Origin: Nemertoderma westbladi
Lineage: Eukaryota; Animalia; Xenacoelomorpha
Length of the DNA: 64,000 nucleotides
NCBI GenBank assembly: GCA_032718475.1
Contig: JAUCBJ010000943.1
Location: 15,475-79,474 of the forward strand
Direction of reading: 5' to 3'
Part shown: piece by piece, positions 58,708 to 64,000 of the stretch
Layout of the letters: each line of letters starts with the position of its first letter
Numbering within the stretch: position 1 is the stretch's first letter
The notes under the pieces: model-generated
Told to the model about the DNA's origin: nothing
The model's database searches: none
What the model saw: only the letters and a program-made list of their open reading frames with translations
Translations under genes and position numbers: made by a program

Positions 58708-61700
58708 GCTTCAGTATATTAGTAATAGCTTACAGACAGCTATAGCAACACCCACCCACCACCCTTAACATGATTACTTTAATTTCAAATAGACCATGGG
58801 TGATTGTTTAATGATGGTTCACCCAGACATTTCATGTCTGGGTGAACCAAATGACTTTTGTATACAACCTGACTTCTAAATATCCTTATGTTTTATCACG
58901 AATACTATCATCAAAGATCTTTGACCTTTTGACCCTTAACATTTAAACTTTTTGCATTTTTTATTTCATCTACCCCCACTAAGTCAACCATTGCGAACAT
59001 TTTTGCTGCGTTACGTTTTTTGATAGCTGTACTCCTTATAGGTCAAAAGGTCACCGAAACGCTAAATTCTAGAACATTGACCTCTAGAGGTCAAGCACAG
59101 GGTCGCAGCCGAAAACTAACGGCACTCTTCAGTAGCAACTCATACACTGCCTACAAAACGGCGTTGGTCCCATGTCCGTAGCTAGAGCCGTTCGCGAGAT
59201 ATTGGGGTGGGGCAATAATTAATTATTAATTAATACATAACTAATTAACGCTTACACTTTTTGCATTTTTTATTTAACTACCCCCACTAAGTCGACCATT
59301 GCGAACATTTTTGCTGTGTTACGTTTTTCGATAGCTGCACTCCTTATAGGTTAAAATGCCTCCAAAACCGAAAATTCTAGAACATTGACCCCTGGAGGTC
59401 AAGGACAGGGTCGCAGCCCAAAACTAACGACACTCTTCAGTAGCAACTCGTATACTGTCTACAAAATGGCGTCGGTCCCATCTTCGTAGCTGCAGCCATT
59501 CTCGAGATATCGGGGCGGGCCATATATTAATTAGTAATTAACGAATATCTCATTAAGGGTTGGTCGTACAGACTTGCCAGAGAAGACTTTTATACTCGAA
59601 ATTCCATTCTCTACAACTTTGCCAGAGAAAATTTTTTCGTAGCTGCCGCCGTTTTCGAGATACAGCGCTAATGAGATTTCGCTAATTAATAACTCATTAA
59701 CAGTAATAGATATGGGTTCGCCGTGACAGGGTTTTTTGTAGAGCTCGTCGAGACCAACAATATCGCCAGTCATTGTTTATATAAAAAGTCTTTTAGTTTT
59801 CGGATATATCGATTAAAAGTTTTCAATCGTTAATTACTAATTAATTAATTAACAAAATTTTTTGAAAAAAACTCCCAGATCTTAGATATTGGTCCTCTAC
59901 ACGATGCATAAAACAGAATGACCGTAGCTATATCCCTTCTATGAGATGTGCCTACTTGTCAACCCACTGCATAAGCCTGTAAATATTGAGCAGGATAGGT
60001 TGGTGTTATATGTTTTGTGCTCTCTGTTTTTCGTTCTCTGTGGCGTTTTCTATGTTCTATGAGGTTCTCTGTCGAGCCCTATGGGCTCTATCCACGCCTG
60101 ATCCCATCCAGCATGTCCGAGCTGATATTAGGGAAGTAAAAATGCTCCTGGAGAGATTAGAGAAGTAAATATGTTGCTTAAATATAGTGAAAATGCTGGT
60201 TATGCTCATTAATGCAATTAGATCAGTTTCGACTGTTCCACAACTATCGTATTCACCAAGGAGACCCATTAGCCCCCTTCTTGATTATTGTGGTGGACTA
60301 TGTGAGAAATACCTAGTTTACCATTACGCACCAAATCATACTTTAAGTGCGCCTTGTCTCACTGTAAAATACTATAAGCTCCTTTAGAATCGGTAAAATG
60401 GCAGCTTCAATAATAAAATATTTGGTGGTTCCTCCAAAAGGTAACTCCACCCCCCCCCCCCCCCCCCCCCCCCGAAGGAGAGGAGAACTGCAAATTCCCC
60501 CCCACGCAAACTTTTGTCCAAAACTGTTTCGTTACTCAACAGCGCCGTTAGAATTGATACTTGTTAGTATTTGACAGTGGTTGTTATATTGCACATTATA
60601 ATTGTTACATTATAAATACTACAATGGATCTTCCATAAAGGAAGGACAATGATCTCTCAGTCTGCCATAAAGGTGTAAAGTAACACAAGTGTGACTTCAC
60701 ACATCAATATGTAACTAGTTCAACAATACAGAAATCAAAGGCGAATAAATTTTATTTTCTATTAATCTAAAATTAAATCTAAAATTATATTTTCTTCAAT
60801 CACACTTAGAGTTAAAAGCACTTCATACTATATCTTTCATCAGTGATAATATTGTTGAATCATTTTTGACTATCCTAAGCGACAATTCAACAATGATATT
60901 ATTATGTACACCTCCAAACCGAGGTAAATAATATAAGTAATGTTATATTTAGCACAATAAATAAATAGCTAGGAGCGACTAGTGAGACTGTGTTTGGAAA
61001 GAGCGGAGAGGGAAGGGCAAAGCTGCAAGTTAATGCGTGGTAGCGGTCGGAACAGGTTAGTGAACTATGGATGCACAAACAACAGGCATAAGTTTATGGA
61101 AAGGGCTAGAGTTCGAACATATTAAATGGTGATACCCATGTGATGTGGTACGGGTAATTACGTGGCGGTGTTATTGCCAAGTGTTATTGTGAAATGCCGG
61201 ACCTCGCTTATGCCGTATAGCTCTCCACAGTAAAGTTCGATTCACGTTCCGCGCAGAATTCTTTATATTGTACAATAATATTTTCGGATATGACTCCTGG
61301 AAAGTTATGGAGAATATCTTATGTGAGTGTTCGCTCGTTAACAAGATGTAAGGCTATAGTTGAGGAAGCCAAAGTATGTAGACGTAACATGCGTTTAATA
61401 TACGTAGCTTTAACTTTATTAATGTCTTTTAAGTTTCTCAGTGATAAAAAGTTGCCAATTTCCACAATGGAATATAAAATTATTGGTGCTATTTTGGCAT
61501 GAAAAATTGTTAAGCCAGTTTCAACTGAAAGTAAATGTAAATTGTTGATACATCCTATAGCACTGTAGGCTTTTTTTTAGTACATGACGTGATAAACAAA
61601 GAGAATGCTGTAATGTTATTCCGAGATTTTCATATTCGGTTGCCATGGACACTGGGGAACCTCAGTAAGTAAAATTATAAAGTTGACACAGTCACCCAGC

Positions 61701-61777
61701 ATTACGAAATTTATTTAGCTTTGTTTTCGCCATATTTACTGACATCCCATTATCTAGACACAAATGGTACAAAATAT

Positions 61778-61978
61778 CTAATGCTTGTTGAATACATTCC
61801 CTATCTTTAGAGCAAAATCATCCACATAAAACAGGAAGTTTAGCATGGCCGCCAGTTTTCTTAATCGGGTTGCTAAATCGGCTATGAATACCAAAAAACA
61901 TGTGGGTGAAAAGCAGTCGCCTTGAAGTACACCCCGCAGCTGTATAATAATGTTAGATAGACAGATGCCATTGAACAT
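61778..61978 (-). pseudogene. Degenerate LINE reverse transcriptase fragment
   Basis: RGVLQGDCFSPTCFLVFIADL...FLFYVDDF. Confidence 0.8.
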
Positions 61979-62080
61979 ACGGATTTTGTTATTAAAAATT
62001 TCCTATATTTATGCAGCATGCCAAGGACTTTTGCTGGACAAGAGAACTCACATGATTGTGCAGTCATCCTATGCATGTAT

Positions 62081-62111
<31 letters not shown>

Positions 62112-62200
62112 ATATTTTAAGAATTCAAAAAGTGACAACTTATATGATCAATCACTAAAAATTTATTTTTTTATTATTAGCTTTCGATAGCTCTCTCTAT

Positions 62201-62306
62201 CTTTTTCAAATAAACAATATTTTAGAATTATTGCACTACAAATAATAATACTGTAGTATTATTATTTGTAGTGCAATAATTCTAGAATATCGTTTATTTG
62301 AAAAAG
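62201..62306. repeat. 106-bp near-perfect palindrome
   Basis: ctttttcaaataaac...aataatact-gt-agtattatt...gtttatttgaaaaag. Confidence 0.9.
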
Positions 62307-62389
62307 CTCAACAGGATGTCTCGTTGACATGAGGCACAGCTATAGGTCCACGCTATAGAGTGAGCTCGCTGATAGACTGTATGGGAATC

Positions 62390-62710
62390 TCAGTAAACTT
62401 TATGAACGGTAAGAGATGGATTGCAGTCAAGATAAAAGGCTTGGCGTGTTGAAGTAGTGTTTATTTCATTGCTGCACACTTTTGTTAGCCCAGACATGAT
62501 ACGATTAGAGTCATCAAGCAAGAGTTTTTCCACTGTGATACCCATAGGGGTCCTTGACAAAATACATAGCTTTAGGGCAGATATAAGTGGTGCATGCAAC
62601 TCCTCATCCTCAAGCATACTGCACAGAAAGTTGTACTGCCTCTGCTTAATCCAGTATTCTGGTGGGGGGAACCCCGTTTCAAGTCTGGACTGTGTCATGA
62701 CATGTATCAT
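62390..62710 (-). pseudogene. Probable LINE ORF2 C-terminal fragment of a different family
   Basis: RLETGFPPPEYWIKQRQYNF...STRQAFYLDCNPSLTVHKVY resembles the post-RT region of non-LTR elements. Weak evidence. Confidence 0.45.
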
Positions 62711-62729
62711 CTATCATATCATCTATCCC

Positions 62730-64000
62730 ATCATAGTAGACATGTACCGAACAACAAGAGTCCCACAAGAAATGAAAACAAATAAGTTGGTGCCAGTTCC
62801 CAAGAAGGGCAACCTAACACTCTATGGTTCTTTTCGGGGAATCTCATTGATCTCGATTGCTGCAAAGCTATACAATAGGATTCTATTAAATCGCATCAGG
62901 GATCCCATTGAGAGACTGCTCCGTGGAAATCAGAATGGGTTCCGTAAAGGTCGTGGGACCATGGAGCCCATTTTGGCACTTAGAAGGATAATTGAAGAGT
63001 TATCAAAAAAGAAAGACAGGCATCTGGCTGTTATCTTTGTTGACTTCTTCAAGGCCTTTGATTCAGTCTCTCGCTCACGTATGTTCAGCATACTTTCATT
63101 ATATGGGATTCCTGATGAAATTATTGCAGCAATCAGATCAGTATACGATGGTTCGACAACATTTGTGTCTACTGTTGACGGGGACACAGAACCATTTGAA
63201 GTGTTATGGGGCGTCCTCCAAGGAGACACACTTGCACCATTCTTGTTCATTATTGTGGTTGACTATGTTCTACGCATGTCCTTAGATCATTATAATGATG
63301 ATAATGATGATGGGGTGATGATAACTCCACCAACTGGCTCCAGAAGTCGAGGAAATCCGGCCAAGTACCTAACTGATCTAGACTTTGCTGATGACTTAGG
63401 AGTACTCTCAGAATCATTAGAGGGAGCCCAACGGCTCCTCAGCTCATTAGAACATGCTGCTTCTAGTGTTGGTCTTTTTATTAACTCCAGAAAGACCAAA
63501 ATTCTGACAGTTAACTTTGAAAGCCCTCAGCAAGTCTCTGATCGGATGAGCATAAGCTCAAAGGATGGCATGCTTGAGCATGTGGACGACTTCTGTTACC
63601 TGGGATCATGGATCCGGAAGTCAGGTGAGGTCCTTCGAATACGTAAGGGAAAGGCATGGGCAGCCTTGAATAGGCTTTCCAGGATTTGGAAGTCACCGAG
63701 AATTAATCAGAAACTTAAGGTCCAATTATTTAGAGCAGCAGTAGTTCCAGTACTCCTCTACGGGAGTCCATGCTGGGCTCTAACTGCTGAGGACACCAAA
63801 TCTCTGGATGGCACATTCACAAGAATGCTACGCCGGGTTCATTGTGTCAAGTACAATGCACACATCTCCAACCAGACACTATATAACATTGGAGGTGTCT
63901 CATTGGTTCCCCCAAGCTTGACACTAGAACAAAATCGCCTCCGCTTTGCAGGACATTGCTTTCGCCGTGAGGACCAGCCAGTGCATAATCTTGTACTTTG
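62730..64000 (+). mobile_element. RTE-clade LINE, 5'-truncated, RT frame open to the window edge
   Basis: LVPVPKKGNL...FRGISL...NQNGFRKGRGT...FVDFFKAFDSV...GVLQGDTLAPFLF...LDFADDL...FCYLGS, with no stop through 64000. Confidence 0.93.

Larger units (their letters stand above)
48459..60107 (-). mobile_element. Tandem array B of the same element (five ~1737-bp units, last one interrupted)
   Basis: Unit starts at 48459, 50197, 51934, 53677 and 55414. All carry an extra cagtatattagtaatagctt duplication absent from array A. Confidence 0.7.

Noticed and set aside
42253-60107. rDNA, 5S, histone or snRNA tandem cluster
   Set aside because: No recognisable rRNA, snRNA or histone sequence in the unit.

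Overview
Eukaryotic (probably invertebrate animal) AT-rich DNA dominated by transposons and tandem repeats, with one clear host gene: an intronless lifeguard/TMBIM CDS at 24001-25023. Left part: a 12.7-kb BEL/Pao LTR element (4267-16997; 1159-bp near-identical LTRs, GACGA TSD) inserted in a CRE-type non-LTR remnant. It keeps Gag and protease but has lost RT and integrase, and it has no tRNA-type PBS. Instead, the 11 nt abutting the 5' LTR are exactly complementary to a site inside the LTR (Tf1-like self-priming candidate). Its leader holds two tandem ~285-nt rod-shaped RNA folds with compensatory changes, and it carries a decayed orphan ORF in the env position. Middle: an RTE fragment, an internally deleted P element, a Galileo-like foldback with 8 E-boxes just upstream of the TMBIM gene, and 25-bp and 27-bp satellites. 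Right: an intact two-ORF EnSpm/CACTA-type element (transposase plus BEN-like protein), then ~18 kb of head-to-tail 1.72-1.74-kb non-coding units with Helitron-like hairpin+CTAG ends whose insertion sites resemble their own junction. A non-autonomous CCC-ended transposon is nested in that array, and LINE fragments follow, including an open RTE RT frame running off the window. All calls are by eye from the sequence and ORF track; no searches or folding programs were run.
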